Notes under the pieces: model-generated
The model's database searches: none
What the model saw: the letters and a program-made list of their open reading frames with translations, nothing else
What the model was told of the DNA's origin: nothing
Assembly (NCBI GenBank): GCA_964016885.1
Contig: OZ024743.1
Span: 342,922,001-342,986,000 of the forward strand
Source of the DNA: Eledone cirrhosa
Lineage: Eukaryota
DNA: 64,000 bases
Reading direction: 5' to 3'
Translations under genes and position numbers: made by a program
In this document: positions 12,101-25,724 of the stretch, piece after piece
Layout: each line of letters opens with the position of its first letter
Numbering within the stretch: the stretch's first letter is position 1

Positions 12101-12763
12101 TACAATTGAGATGGAGAGTTTGTTGTTTTTCTCACATCTGGTTGGTGTTTGAATGTTACTTCTGTTTTATATGGAAAAAAGTGGCTCGAAATGCTAGGTT
12201 TTTAGAGAAGTAATTTGGTTAGTTGGTAAATAAGTATAATAAATTATATATATATATTCTCAACCTGATTAGTTCTATCGTTACTTTGGTATATATTGTG
12301 TGTTAGTTTCGCCTACCACAATGTTCGATTTGTCAAGCTATTTAAACGTATGTTATTTCTCTAAGGTCCTATCTTATCGAGTGCTTTGCTAACTCATCAT
12401 TTCATATAAGTAGGCCGAATTTACTTGCAAACCACCAGAGATTCGATTTTACTGATTTCCAATTATATATATATATATATATAAGGGATAACAAAATATC
12501 GTTATAGGTAATCCGGTTAGAGATTGTGAATACTTCGTATTATGGATAGTTTTAGCGTACGGCTTTGTTTGACTCAACAAGAGGTTTACATAGGTGGCGA
12601 GTTTATGAGTTCTCTAGTATTCCTATGTAAGTTTATCTTGGTGTAATAATATTGAAAGAGTGAAGAATAACGTGGTCAACAGTACAAAAAAAGGTTTTAT
12701 TTACAGTCTGACAATTGTTTCACTGATTAAGTTGTCTAAAAATTTCTGAACACACACACACAC

Positions 12764-12893
<130 letters not shown>

Positions 12894-12895
12894 GC

Positions 12896-12926
<31 letters not shown>

Positions 12927-14374
12927 GTGTTGTGTGTGTGAGTGTGTGTGTGTAAATATATACACATATATAGGAAAACATTCAAAACGCAGAGAATAAC
13001 ATCTATAATAGCAGGATACGAAACCTGCAAACCGTGTATGGCAACCACTGAACTGTAACATAACAAGAAATAACTCTAGAAAAACAATTTACAAAACACA
13101 TAGAACAGATTACAAACGAACTGAGGCAAGATAATCAACCGTTCCTATCAACCACCTGAAACAGCTTGGAATGATTTTAATTTTAAGAGATGGAAAAACG
13201 ATTTAGCAGGAGATAAAAGAATCGAGCTGACGCGAAGAAAGCATGATATCAGAAATATAACATCACTGGGCCTACTCCAAAATTACGAAAACATACAAGC
13301 AACAAAGCGATACATGAATAAACAATAGCAAACCAACCAATGAAAATGAAATAGAATCAATGAATTTGCAAAGGAGACGACCAAACCCATAGTCAACGTC
13401 TTAAAAATATGATGAGAGAATATCGAAGCTAACCATAAAAAAAGGTTAACCACAGCCAATGCCCTTTCCAAAAAATACTTGAAAAAATATTAGAAAACAA
13501 CTAATAAGAACGATAGCCACCCACTCAAATGTATAAATAATAAGCTCAAACAGAAAGAAAAAAGTCCTCCCTTAAATTGATCGAAAATGGGTTTTCCTTA
13601 AATGCAATGATTCTTCCATCACGCATTAATAATGCCTTGGATAGACATGTGCCAAATGCGTCGATATTAGTCAACCATGAAGACTTTTTAGAGGTATTCT
13701 AGATCTTATCGCCATAAATAACTAGAAAATAGGCTGAGGTTTTAACGAATTGCGTTTGCTTCCCCTGTTCAGTAACCACTTCACTTTACCATTTATCCCT
13801 CCTTCTATATATCTAAATTTGATCATTCTAAGTCGAGGCAACTGAGCTGAACAAGCTTCGTTAACGAGATCTAACGAGTTCGAAACTTTCACCAGTTGAC
13901 TATCTAGTGCTTATTGCATTGCTGTTGTTCCAACAAATAGATAGACTAACATTGTTGGAGTTACCTCCCTTACTTACAGTTCTTATATTTTGGACACTAA
14001 AAAGGGGAGTTCCCGTCTTTAAACTTCAAATATAATTTCAATTAATTGAATTTTTTCAGTTTATTATATGTCATATGTAAGACTCTATCATATATAACTT
14101 CACAGCAGTGAGAAAATATATTCACATGCAAAGTCCTGGGTAATAGGGGTTTGATAGTTTATAAACACGGAGGATTCTTTTTGCATGTATGGAAATCCGT
14201 ATTTGGTGGGTGTTACTAGGTGGTATTGCTACTGACTGGATAAATGGATGATTGCTGACTACTAACAGCTAGTTTCCTGTGAAACTTTCTGTTATGCAAT
14301 TCTAAGTCCAATAAATATAAATACTCTGCAAAAACAGAATTCTTTTCTTTTCTTTGTACACCCATCTCACTTTC

Positions 14375-14513
<139 letters not shown>

Positions 14514-14552
14514 AATTACAGAATAATCAAAACTATGTTCAAAACATTTTAT

Positions 14553-14599
14553 TGCTGACAATCGTTTCTTCCAAACATTCGTTTGGAATAATCGGAGCA
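14553..14599 (-). ncRNA. Degenerate minimal hammerhead in an element bounded by ~53-bp inverted repeats (14508-15230)
   Basis: Minus strand: TGCT CCGATTA TTCCAAAC GAAT GTTTGGAA GAAA CGATTG TC AGCA. Confidence 0.5.
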
Positions 14600-15399
14600 C
14601 TAGCAAAGTTTAGACATATAATTAACCTCCTATTCCACAGAACAATTGTAAAGATACATAGATGTTAGTGTTGTCATTAACAGTGTCATATTTAAAGAGT
14701 GAAGATGATGTGGTCAGTAGCAGTGGATGCGACAAAGATTATAAAAGAATAATACAACAATTATAGAGGAATTAAAGAAGAAAGTTACTCGCAAAACGAG
14801 TACATTAGCAGTACATATGCAAGCGTATAGAAAGAGTGCAGATGTGTTAGGCATGTACGGAATAACCCGGTAAGAAACAAGCAATGGTACTAAGCATATA
14901 TATTACAGTATGGCAAAGGTATCAAATAATACAATACAGGTATAAAAGCATATTAAGCAGGCAGAGATGCTTGGGTATGAAAAGCAGTTTCTATGAAGTT
15001 TATGGTGGATGTAATGTGATAATTGTTCCGGTAATGCTCAAATGTGCATGTGTTGTGAGTATTAATATCAAGGTTTTCCTTTCCATTACATTGGTTATAT
15101 TTTAGTAAATGTTTATCAGTAGCTACAACTATGGATTGTATATTGGTCCTATTACAATCTTATCACTATTACTATCTTGTCAGCAATAAAATGTTTTGAA
15201 CATAGCTTTGATTATTCTGTAATTTATATTCCGGCTCTGTAAAACATAAAATGTATTTACGTTGAGCTATTTTTCTTACTGGTAATAAGGTGATAATGAA
15301 TTACTGACGTTTCCTGTTTATAATTATATATAGTTTATATATAAGTATAAATAATAATAGAAATATTATAGAACAGTATAGCAAGAAGCATAATAGAAT

Positions 15400-17970
15400 A
15401 GAGGCCCAGCAACTGGGAGAAAAATATGCAAATGGCTTGCGTAAGCTCATGCAGCGCTCGCGTAATGGAGAGATAGCATGCTTTCCAACAGACAAGTTTG
15501 GCAGAATGTCGGCTGACAGCCTGCCAAACTACATCCAGGCAATGCAACCCCACATCACTAACACAAGAGAGGTAACACCACAGGAGCATGAGGATAGAGA
15601 AAAAGCCCTCAATGCCTATATGGTGATGTGGACGAATATAATGCAGCCCAACAAAAGGACTGCCAACAACTTCCAGGCCTGGAACAATGACGTGCCGGCG
15701 TTGTATGGGCTTCGAAAAGACCATAAAACGGGCTGTGACCCTGTCGCGGGACGACCAACACGGCCAGTCTGTGGAGCTAACATTGCTAGTAACTACAGTC
15801 TGTCCTACTTCCTCTCCCTGATCATACGCCCCATCATTGAGATGTCCCCAGATGTATGTGACAGCACGGAGGACCTCCTCAGCAGAATCGGCGTGAGTAA
15901 CCGATCTGGGGACCTAACAAACTGCATAATAGGCAGTATGGATGTTGTGTCCCTGTATCCATCTATTGACGTAGATTTTGCTGTGGAGAAATGCGTAGAA
16001 ATGATCAGCGAGAGCAAGGTTGAGTTCCGTGGGATTGATACCAGTGAGCTGGGACTTCTACTTAAGCTTACCCATAGTAATAGTTACCTAGACACTTATA
16101 ACCTTAGCAACCTGTGCCCTACAAGACCAGCAAGAGGCAGACCACCTACCATTACCGCAATGGCCAAGAAAACCCGCACAGATAGATGGAACGGGTGGAC
16201 CAGAGCCATACGGACACCCGAAAACCACGATGAACTGAAGAAAATGATTGCACATGCGGTAGGGGCCAGCATAAAATTAACCCTTAAGGAACATATGTTC
16301 AAATTTAATGGAAAAACATATGCCCAAGAGGAAGGAGCAGCCATTGGTATGGTGGGACAGTAGACTTAAACTTAAACTTAAAGAACAATTAGAAGACAGC
16401 TTAACCCTGATAATGTACTCCCGCTACGTAGATGATATAAACATCGTAGTTAAGACACCCCCACTAGAGAACACTCAGGAACTAGAGAAAAACACAATGG
16501 AAAGCATCCAGCAAATAGCAAACTCCATCCACCAGAGCATTAGAGTTACTATAGACTACCCAAGTAGACACCCCAACCATCGATTACCTGTACTAGACAC
16601 AGAGCTCTGGTTAGATACCATTAACAACCAAAAACAAATCCTCCATTCCCATTATGCCAAACCCATGACTTCCAAACATCTGATTCACCGAAACTCGGCC
16701 ATTTCGGACCATACCAAAATCAACATACTGATTGCGGATTTGGTACGGGTGATGAGAAATGTGTCCCGCATGTGCAACCCCGAAGAACTAGAGAGACACA
16801 TACAACACTTCATCCACCGTATGCAGTTCTCTGGCTACAATCAGAGAGATAGAATCAGAGTGTATAGAGGAGCCAGAACCAAATGGGAAAAAATGGTAAA
16901 TAATGACATAAATGGGACCTGCCCCTTGTATAGGAGCAAATTTTGGAATAGAATAGAAAGAACTAGGAACAAGGCCAATAGAATAAACTCATGGTATGAT
17001 AGCAATAAATACCAGAGTGTAATGTTCATCATTACAACCCCTAGAGGCGAACTAGCCTACAAATTTAGAAGGGCCCTAAATAAACATAAACTCAATATTA
17101 AGATAGTAGAAAGACCAGGTACCTCCGTAAAAACACTTATTAGCAAGACATACCCGTTCCAAAGACCCTCATGTATAGATAAGAAATGTATAACCTGTAA
17201 AATAAGCCCCCATATTAACTGTAAAACTAGAAATGTAGTGTATAGCATAAGATGTACTGAAGGACAATGTAGAAACTAAAATATAGTGTACATAGGTGAG
17301 ACAGCTCGTAGTATAGGGGAACGGATAAATGAACACTGGCGAGACCTTCAAGATAATAAAGAATCATCTGTACTCTACTAACATGCTAAGATAGAACACA
17401 AGGGTAAATTAGAGACCATAGAAATAAAAATAGAATCCACACACAGAAAAGATGCAATGTTTAGGCAAATTACAGAGGCAGTAAGCATAAAAGAATTACA
17501 ACCAAAATTAAATAGAAAATATGAGTGGAACAGCAACATCACAACTTACAATTAAGGACAAAATGAAAACACACACACACATAGAACAAACAACCAACCA
17601 ACAACATGTAAATAAATAAACAAATAGATAAATGAACACAAACACACACAGACACCCGGATGTGGCGCATGCGCAAACTGAGCACACAACACACACACAG
17701 AAACAAAATGGCGTAGGACAGAAGAAAGGAAAGGCACAGAAAGAAAGAAAGGAATCCCCAGTCACTGAAGAGGTCACAGAGTGTGTGACGAAAGGACTAT
17801 GACTATATATAAACAACTATCTGGTTGTGGAACCAACCAACCAACCAGAAATTTATAAGTTTGTAGATTTGTAAATTTATAAATTTATAAATATATAATA
17901 AATTGAAGTGAAAGCAACTGGTGCGTGTGTTTCTTATTGGCAACATGACCCTCCCAAAGTATAACAATAT
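15400..17970 (+). mobile_element. Penelope-like element (RT + C-terminal GIY-YIG; probably Naiad-type), 5'-truncated pseudogene with 3' pLTR
   Basis: LYGLRKDHK, RPVCG, SMDVVSLYPSI, QEEGAAIG, RYVDD, LPVLD, Cys linker, VVYSIRC..VYIGETARS..ERINEH; deletion/frameshift at ~16350 and stop at 17277. Confidence 0.9.
17760..17804 (+). ncRNA. Minimal type I hammerhead ribozyme in the PLE pLTR
   Basis: AGTCA CTGAAGA G GTCACA GAGTG TGTGAC GAAA GGAC TA TGACT; intact core. Confidence 0.8.
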
Positions 17971-17976
17971 AATTAA

Positions 17977-18033
<57 letters not shown>

Positions 18034-18049
18034 TCTCCCTCTTTCCCTT

Positions 18050-18097
<48 letters not shown>

Positions 18098-18211
18098 CAT
18101 ATATATATATACATATATATTTACAGTTTGGTTACAAACCAAAGAATTTAAGGTTTAAGGCGGTTAATAACTGACAATTGTTTCTACCAAGGTTATGCTA
18201 CATATAGCAAA

Positions 18212-18396
18212 GTGGATTGGCAGTGTCGGTAGAGGGTCGGACGCCATGCTTTCCAGCATAGTTACGTCCCTTTAGGATCTGAGTTCAAATCCCGCCGAGG
18301 TTGACTTTGCCTTTCATCCTTACGGAGACGATAAAATAAAGTACCAGTAATGCACTGGGTAATTGCTGGTCTTGTGCCTAAAGTAGAAACAATTAT
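18212..18396 (+). mobile_element. tRNA-derived SINE
   Basis: A box TGGCAGTGTCGG, B box GAGTTCAAATCC, core GCCTTTCATCCTTACGG.G.CGATAAAATAAAGTACC, tail GTGCCTAAAGTAGAAACAATT. Confidence 0.85.
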
Positions 18397-18569
18397 ATTT
18401 AACAATTTGCCATTAGTGAGTATAAACCGTGGGTGTAATCAGAGTTTAATTTATAAGAAAAAAAATGTTTATTAAAAAAAAAAAAAAAATACCGCTATAA
18501 GTCATTCAGGGAAAAAATAGAACAGAAAATATATATATCACTCATCAAAGTATCACGATAAAAGTTTAT

Positions 18570-18992
18570 AGTTAGAAAGAGTAGCGTCGTTGGTAATGAC
18601 GCTTCCCAAGTATGTGAAGTACTCCACTGCACTGAGGGGGTGCCCATCTATATTAAACTGTGGAGGGTGACACACTTCATTTGCTGGCTTCTGAGACATG
18701 ACCATAGTTTTCTTGAGGCTGATGGTCAGGCCAAAGGCCTTGGCTGCCCAAGAAAAGCTGCTGGCGGCTTACTGGAGATCGTCCGCCGTGTGTGCCAGTA
18801 GAGCACAGTCGTCTGCGAAGAGCATGTCCAGGATCAACTTCGCCAGTGTTTTGGTGCGGGCAAGCAGTCGTCGGAAGTTGAACACACTCCCATCAGTACC
18901 GAACAGGATGTAAATTCCGTCCACAGATCTTTCTTTGCTTCGCAGAGCATCATACTAAAGAAGATTGCAAATAGGGTTGGGGCAAGGATACG
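18570..18992 (-). pseudogene. RTE-clade LINE reverse transcriptase fragment
   Basis: Minus strand reads [34 protein letters not shown] and FTYLGS. Confidence 0.8.
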
Positions 18993-19073
18993 GACACACA
19001 GACACATACATATATATGTGTGTGTATGTATGTGTGGGTATATATATATATACAAATATATACACACACAGAC

Positions 19074-19136
<63 letters not shown>

Positions 19137-19139
<3 letters not shown>

Positions 19140-19470
19140 TGGCTGCCAACTCGTTTTCGAGTACGGCCACTACTTTATATCCATGTAGGAGAACCCCTAC
19201 CGATGCGCTGAACAAGTGTGACTTTTTAGTCCAGCCAGCGACTTGAAAATTCTGGTACAAACACTACACTTGTGACAATTATTGTCACATAGTGCTGGGC
19301 CCATGGTACCATGTGACGACAAGTGCAGAGAGATCTCCAGATATAAAGCAATGCCTGTGCCGTGAAGCTTTTATAGTGAGCAAAGGCACTGCACAAAGCC
19401 TGTCCCACTCTCTTAATCAAAATGATATTTACCAAAAAGAAGAACAAGTCAACATCATTGGATACCATCA
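19137..19470. mobile_element. ~330-bp structured non-coding interspersed element (copy 1)
   Basis: Near-identical to 43758-44087 with the same two ends; many stems. Confidence 0.75.
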
Positions 19471-19745
19471 GAGTTGCAGGTATTATATCAGAGTTTTCCT
19501 TCTCCTAGAATTCTGCCTTGACAAAGGCTAAGGGGTCATCTCTCCCGGTGATTTTCGATGGCCATTGACTCTTAAGAGCTCCTTTGCCCGTTGACAGGTT
19601 TTGTTTTTAGTCCTGCAGGATGTTCAAAGTCACCCTCCTCACCAAGAAACCTTGGTGGGGTTGCCAGTTTAGTCGCCAACGACCCGACCATGGGACAGGT
19701 TGTACTGGGATACATGTTACCAGTAGCACCAACTGGTGACCTGAC
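19471..19745 (-). mobile_element. Probable RTE LINE 5' UTR fragment
   Basis: Minus strand GGCGACTAAACTGGCAACCCCACC..CTAGGAGAAGGAAAACTCTG resembles RTE/BovB-type leaders. Confidence 0.45.
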
Positions 19746-19834
<89 letters not shown>

Positions 19835-20111
19835 CATATATATATATATACATACTCGTATACTGTATATATGTACATATGTATGTATGTATTTATGTAT
19901 ATATCTATGTATACATCAACCATAACGCTCCATTAACAATTAGTTATTGTGTATATATATATGTGTGTGTGTGTGGTAGGGGATGAGGATGTGTGTGTGT
20001 GTGGATGAGTGTATGTATGTGTGTGTGTGCGGGCGGATGAGTTTATGTGTGTCTGTGTGTGGGTGGGTGGATGAGTGTGTGTGCGTGTGTGCGTCGGTAT
20101 GCGTGTGTGTG

Positions 20112-20220
<109 letters not shown>

Positions 20221-20339
20221 CTAAACACCTATGTTTTATTTATCCTTCATGTGACACGCCAATATTAAGTACCTGAAATTATGGTGTGTGTTTTTCCAAT
20301 ACTGTGTTTATATTATCATCTTGCCATTTATGTCCACCT

Positions 20340-21167
20340 ACACATACACATACTCACACATACAGATATACATACACACATACACACACTCACACATACA
20401 TATATACATACACACATATACACACACATATACATACACACACTCACACATATACATACACACATACACACTCTCACATACACATATACATACACACATA
20501 CACACACTCACACACACACATATACATACACACATACACACACTCACATGCACACATATACATACACACATACACACACTCACACACACATATATACATA
20601 CACACATACACACACTCACACATACACACACTCACACACTCACATATGTATACACACATCTTCACACTCACACATATACATACACTCTTACACACACTCA
20701 CACATACACATACACATACACACATACACACACTCACACACACACATATACATACACACATACACACACTCACACATACACATATACATACACACATACA
20801 CACACTCACACACTCACATATATATACACACATCTTCACACTCACACATATACATACACTCTTACACACACTCACACATACACATACACATACACACATA
20901 CACACACTCACACGCACACATATACATACACACATACATACACTCACACACACACATATACATACACACATACACTCACTCACGCACTCACATATATATA
21001 CACACATCTTCACACTCACACATATACATACACTCTTACACACACTCACACATACACATACACATACACACACTCACACGCACACATATACATACACACA
21101 TACATACACTCACACACACACTCATATACATACACACATACACACTCTCACACATACACATATACAT

Positions 21168-21185
<18 letters not shown>
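20340..21185. repeat. CA/TA-derived compound minisatellite with a 174-bp higher-order repeat
   Basis: Marker CATCTTCACAC recurs at 20657, 20831 and 21005. Confidence 0.85.
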
Positions 21186-21208
<23 letters not shown>

Positions 21209-21504
21209 ACTTTTGCCATGATAACAATAAGCGAAGGGGCGGTGTGAGAATGGAGGACAATATAGATAAACTCATCTTATCTTTTATTCTTTTATCTGGA
21301 TAAAATATTTACTGTCTTTCTCTTTCTATAAATATGTGTGTGTGTATGTTATACATATGTGTATGTATATATATATATATGTACATACACATATGTATAA
21401 CATACATACATATATATATATATAAAAATAGGATATGTATTCCTTCACGCACAGGCGCAAAGAGACACATGTATTGTCCAACCATATATATATATGTATA
21501 TGAA

Positions 21505-21685
<181 letters not shown>

Positions 21686-21714
21686 GTATATATATCCTAC
21701 TTTTACAAGTCGAC

Positions 21715-21752
21715 TATATAAAAAGGGAACAATTTATATGAACTTTCAGAAC
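21715..21752 (+). promoter_or_regulatory. Putative TATA box and Inr of CBM14 gene 1
   Basis: TATAAAAAG at 21717; TCAG ~30 nt downstream; ATG at 21822. Confidence 0.5.
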
Positions 21753-21821
21753 TTCGATAGTGCTGAATTAAGTGACAAGACATACAAGCTATTTTCTGCT
21801 GTTTCTTTTATTTCATTGAAA

Positions 21822-22104
21822 ATGCGTCTAATTGCAGCCCTACTTGTATTTTATATGACATCGGTAAATGTGTTTGGCGAAAATGTCACATCATTGTGTG
21901 AAATGGTAGCTAAAAGAACGAATACCAACTTTGTAAGATCGCCAGTTAATTGTCAAGAGTTTTTCGATTGTAGAAGAGATTTGTCCACGAGTATCAAGAT
22001 GAAGTGCGGCGAGGGAACAGTATTTTCTCAATCTCTTCAAGTTTGTGTTTATAGACACAGTGACCTAGACGATTGTGATCGGGCCTTTCATGGAGGAAAG
22101 TTGA
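21822..22104 (+). CDS. Secreted chitin-binding protein, gene 1 exon 1 (signal peptide + CBM14/peritrophin-A domain 1)
   Basis: MRLIAALLVFYMTSVNVFG signal; six-Cys C..NCQEFFDC..CGEGTVFS..VC..DDC; donor GTAAGT at 22105, phase 1. Confidence 0.85.
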
Positions 22105-22781
22105 GTAAGTTATATTTAAAGTTACATTTTTTTCTTTATTTCATAGTGTATGTATGTATTTATACATACATCAAATCAAAAAAAAAAAAGATTCTTCCGG
22201 CAAAATATATCAGTACCTCTTAGAGTGTTGGGTGTCTAGATTAAATTTCGAAGTTATACTTCGAGGCTGTGTTGAAACTAAAACAGTTACTGCGTAGAAG
22301 AGTCTAACTATTTAAAACACGTTATATATTTATTATTTATTTATTGGTGTAGTTACGAAAGCAAGGGTCAGAAAGAAATCTTTAGAAAAGGAGATTACAC
22401 AATTACATACTACAACAGGGAATGCTGGTGTTGCCCTCAATATTTTTATATGCAAGCCAAGACACTCAGGGCAATACCGCATATGATAGTGAATGAGATT
22501 TAGGCTCTGGAATAGCCAAACACCCTCCTTTACTAGTTTCAGTCGTTGGATTCTGGCTATGCCAGGGCACTTCCATGATTGATTTTAGAGGATCATATCA
22601 ACCCAGAGCTTATTTGAGCCAAGTAATTATTTTAGCGATCTCTGTTAAATGGCTGTTACCTCTTAATGTAAACAGACGCAATTCCTAGCACCATTTTACA
22701 CTGGTATACACAAATACACACACACACATATATATATATATACATATACATATACATATACATATATATATATACATACAG

Positions 22782-22856
<75 letters not shown>

Positions 22857-22861
22857 CGTGT

Positions 22862-22929
<68 letters not shown>

Positions 22930-23338
22930 GAGAGAGTGAGAGAGAGAGAAAGAAAGGGAGTGAGCGAGAGAAAAAGAGAGTGCTAGGGAGAGAGATTTTA
23001 ATGATGATGATAATGATTAGCTAAATATTTGTACATATATAATTCTTTCTTCTACAATGTGTACCTGAAATACAAGAGTTGATTTAATCAATTTTCCCTT
23101 CCTTCAACGCCATCAACATCGTTCAATTTCACCAGCAGATGCTCACAATTTTCCTCCGCTTTTCGCAGATTCCATAATCAGTTCTGGTCGCATGGCTGAG
23201 TCCTGGACATTGATCAGATTTGAATCCCAAGGTGGAATTTAAACTCAGAAGGCAAAATGCCGATACGGAAACCGCAAGGTATCTCGTCAGATGTTCTAAC
23301 AATTCTGCCAATCCAACGCCAAGTACTGGTACTGTTTT

Positions 23339-23371
<33 letters not shown>

Positions 23372-24660
23372 TCCCGAAAGGATGAAAGCCAAAGTTGACC
23401 TCGAAAGGATTTGAACCCATAATTTTCCCCTTCGTTTGTGTGAGCTGTATTTTATCAGTTTCATCTACTCATAATTATTTGGTTAATTCTCTGACTTCTT
23501 TATATGTCTAATTTAATGTTATTAATTTTAGTTAATTTACCTCATTTTATAATATTTTATTATACCTTTGCCACAATTTTCTAATTCCTTGCTCAGTTTT
23601 ATCTCTTGACTAAATTTATAAATGATATTTATTAGGTTTTCTAAGCGAATATTAACATCCCTCCGAAATCAACTTTACCTTTTATTTTTCCTTGATTGAT
23701 AAAGTACCAGTCAAGTAGTGGGATCGATAATGTTAATTTCGCCTCCTCTCAAATTGCTGACCTTGTTTCTGAAATTAGAAATCATTAAGAACGGTAGATT
23801 AGCAGAATTGTTAAAGCGTAAGAAGAAATGCTCTGCAGTATTTTTTTTGGCTCTTAACTTTCTAAATTCAAATTCCGCTGAGGTCAACTTTGCCTTTCAT
23901 CCTTCTGAGTTTGATAAAATAAACTACCAGTCAAGTCCTTGGTTGATAAAATCGACTCTCCCTGTCCCTCAAAATTAGAAATTTTAAAAGAAAGTATCTT
24001 CTATCATTTCTCAGGGAAGGGACAGATTCCCAGTACTGCTAATACCCACTGCAAAAGTTTCTCGAGATACAGTGGTTGATGATTTTTTCCTCTATCAAAA
24101 TTACTTTTTATCAAATATCTTTGCTAGAAGCGACTTTTCATAGAATAAAGTTAGAAAAAGTTTGTCAAATATTTTCAAATATAGAATAATTTTTCGCAGA
24201 TCGTCTCTAATAAACGAACTGCAATCATAGGTTCCAGATGCCTTTGGCATCTAGAATTTTGCCAGGCATTCACTTTACTATAAACAGCTGGATCTTGTGG
24301 CCGATGGAAAGTCTATTCTTGAATTCTACGGAGAATATTTTGCTGATAACACACTTTTACTCGAAGTTTCTTGTTCCCATCATTTTTGGTCTTTATTTGG
24401 AACAAAAACACTATTGCTATTGTAATACGCAATGGCGACGGATGGAAACTTTATTACATGTATTGAGTATGTGTTTCACATTTAAACATTCTAATGCATG
24501 TGTATGCGCACACGCGTATGTATGTTTGTATATGTTTATAATTATAAGTTTATGCTTATATCTGTATACGTGCCAGAAGAGTTGTCTTGATTAGTGATCT
24601 TTGTTCAGTTGCTCTTATTTAAAAATGATATTATCATTAAATTCCTGAAATATTATTTTC

Positions 24661-25150
24661 TTGAAATCTCAGTCATTGATATTATTTAACTGGAAATTTT
24701 GTTCAAATGAACATCAAGCCACTACCTGCAGCCTCAGATATTCAGGACGTATCGGAGGGTTCTTGCTGTTCCCAGCAAGCATGCTTTTGAATTGTTCCAA
24801 AAAGCGAGCAGGACTAATGTTCAGCCTTGATAACTATTCGAGATAGTGCCTCGTGCGCCTATGACAATCGGAACGACCTTGACAGTCCCAAATCTTTTTT
24901 AATTCCCACTTTAAATCCTGGTGTCGGTTAATTTTCTCCTGCTCCTTTGCTTGCACTCTTGTGTCAAAGGGGCAGGCTACATCTACAATCAGGCACGATC
25001 TTTTTTCTTGTCAAAAACCACCAGGTCAGGCCTATTGTGTTCTAATTTCTTGTCTGTCTGTATCTTGAAATCCCATAGCACCTTCACTCGATCGTTTTCT
25101 ATCACTGACTCTGGCTTATGTGCACACCACTTCTCAGAATGTGGTAAATT
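24661..25150 (-). mobile_element. R4/Dong-like LINE 3' fragment (copy 1)
   Basis: Homologous to the 3' end of 25725-29330 (RLE tail GTARTLRYVLNI + 3' UTR). Confidence 0.85.
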
Positions 25151-25176
25151 ATTTAGTTTGTATTATTATTATTATT

Positions 25177-25659
25177 GTTCTTTGAGTCTCAGTCATTGGT
25201 GTTAGTTAACTGGAAAGTTTGTTGAAATGAACATCAAGCCACTACCTGCAGCCTCAGATATTCAGGACGTATCGGAGGGTTCTTGCTGTTCCCAGCAAGC
25301 ATGCCTTTTGAAGCGTTCTAAAAAGCGTGGCGGGGCCAATTTTCTTTAACCATCCCTGGAAACTTTTTGAGATAGTACCTAGTGCGCCTATGACAATCGG
25401 GACCACTTTGACTTCATGGCAGTTCCAAATCATTTTTTACCTCCCAATTTAAGTCCTGGTGTCGGTTAATTTTCTCCCTCTCTTTCTCTTTCACTCTCGT
25501 GTCGAATGGGCAGGCCACATCTACAATCAGGCACGATCTTTTTTCCTTGTCAAAATCCACCAGGTCAGGCCTATTGTGTTCCTGTTTCTTATCTGTCTGT
25601 ATCCTAAAATCCCATAGCACCTTCACCTGATCGTTTTCTATCACTGACTCTGGCTTATG

Positions 25660-25663
<4 letters not shown>
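25177..25663 (-). mobile_element. R4/Dong-like LINE 3' fragment (copy 2), (TAA)n on both sides
   Basis: RPDL..DVACP RLE motifs; same 3' UTR. Confidence 0.88.
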
Positions 25664-25716
<53 letters not shown>

Positions 25717-25724
25717 GTTGTTAT

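Noticed and set aside
13040-13900. Degenerate coding remnant plus hammerhead-like segment at 13828-13878
   Set aside because: Too decayed to assign; the core reads CTGAACA.
18212-18300. tRNA gene
   Set aside because: A/B boxes are present but it is the head of a multicopy SINE with no cloverleaf.
19660-19745. HDV-like motif GGCGACTAAACTGG in the RTE-like leader
   Set aside because: P2/P3-like pieces are seen but no convincing P1 partner.
24010-24450. Possible RNase H remnant on the minus strand
   Set aside because: Only a weak LQWV..GI similarity, with many stops.
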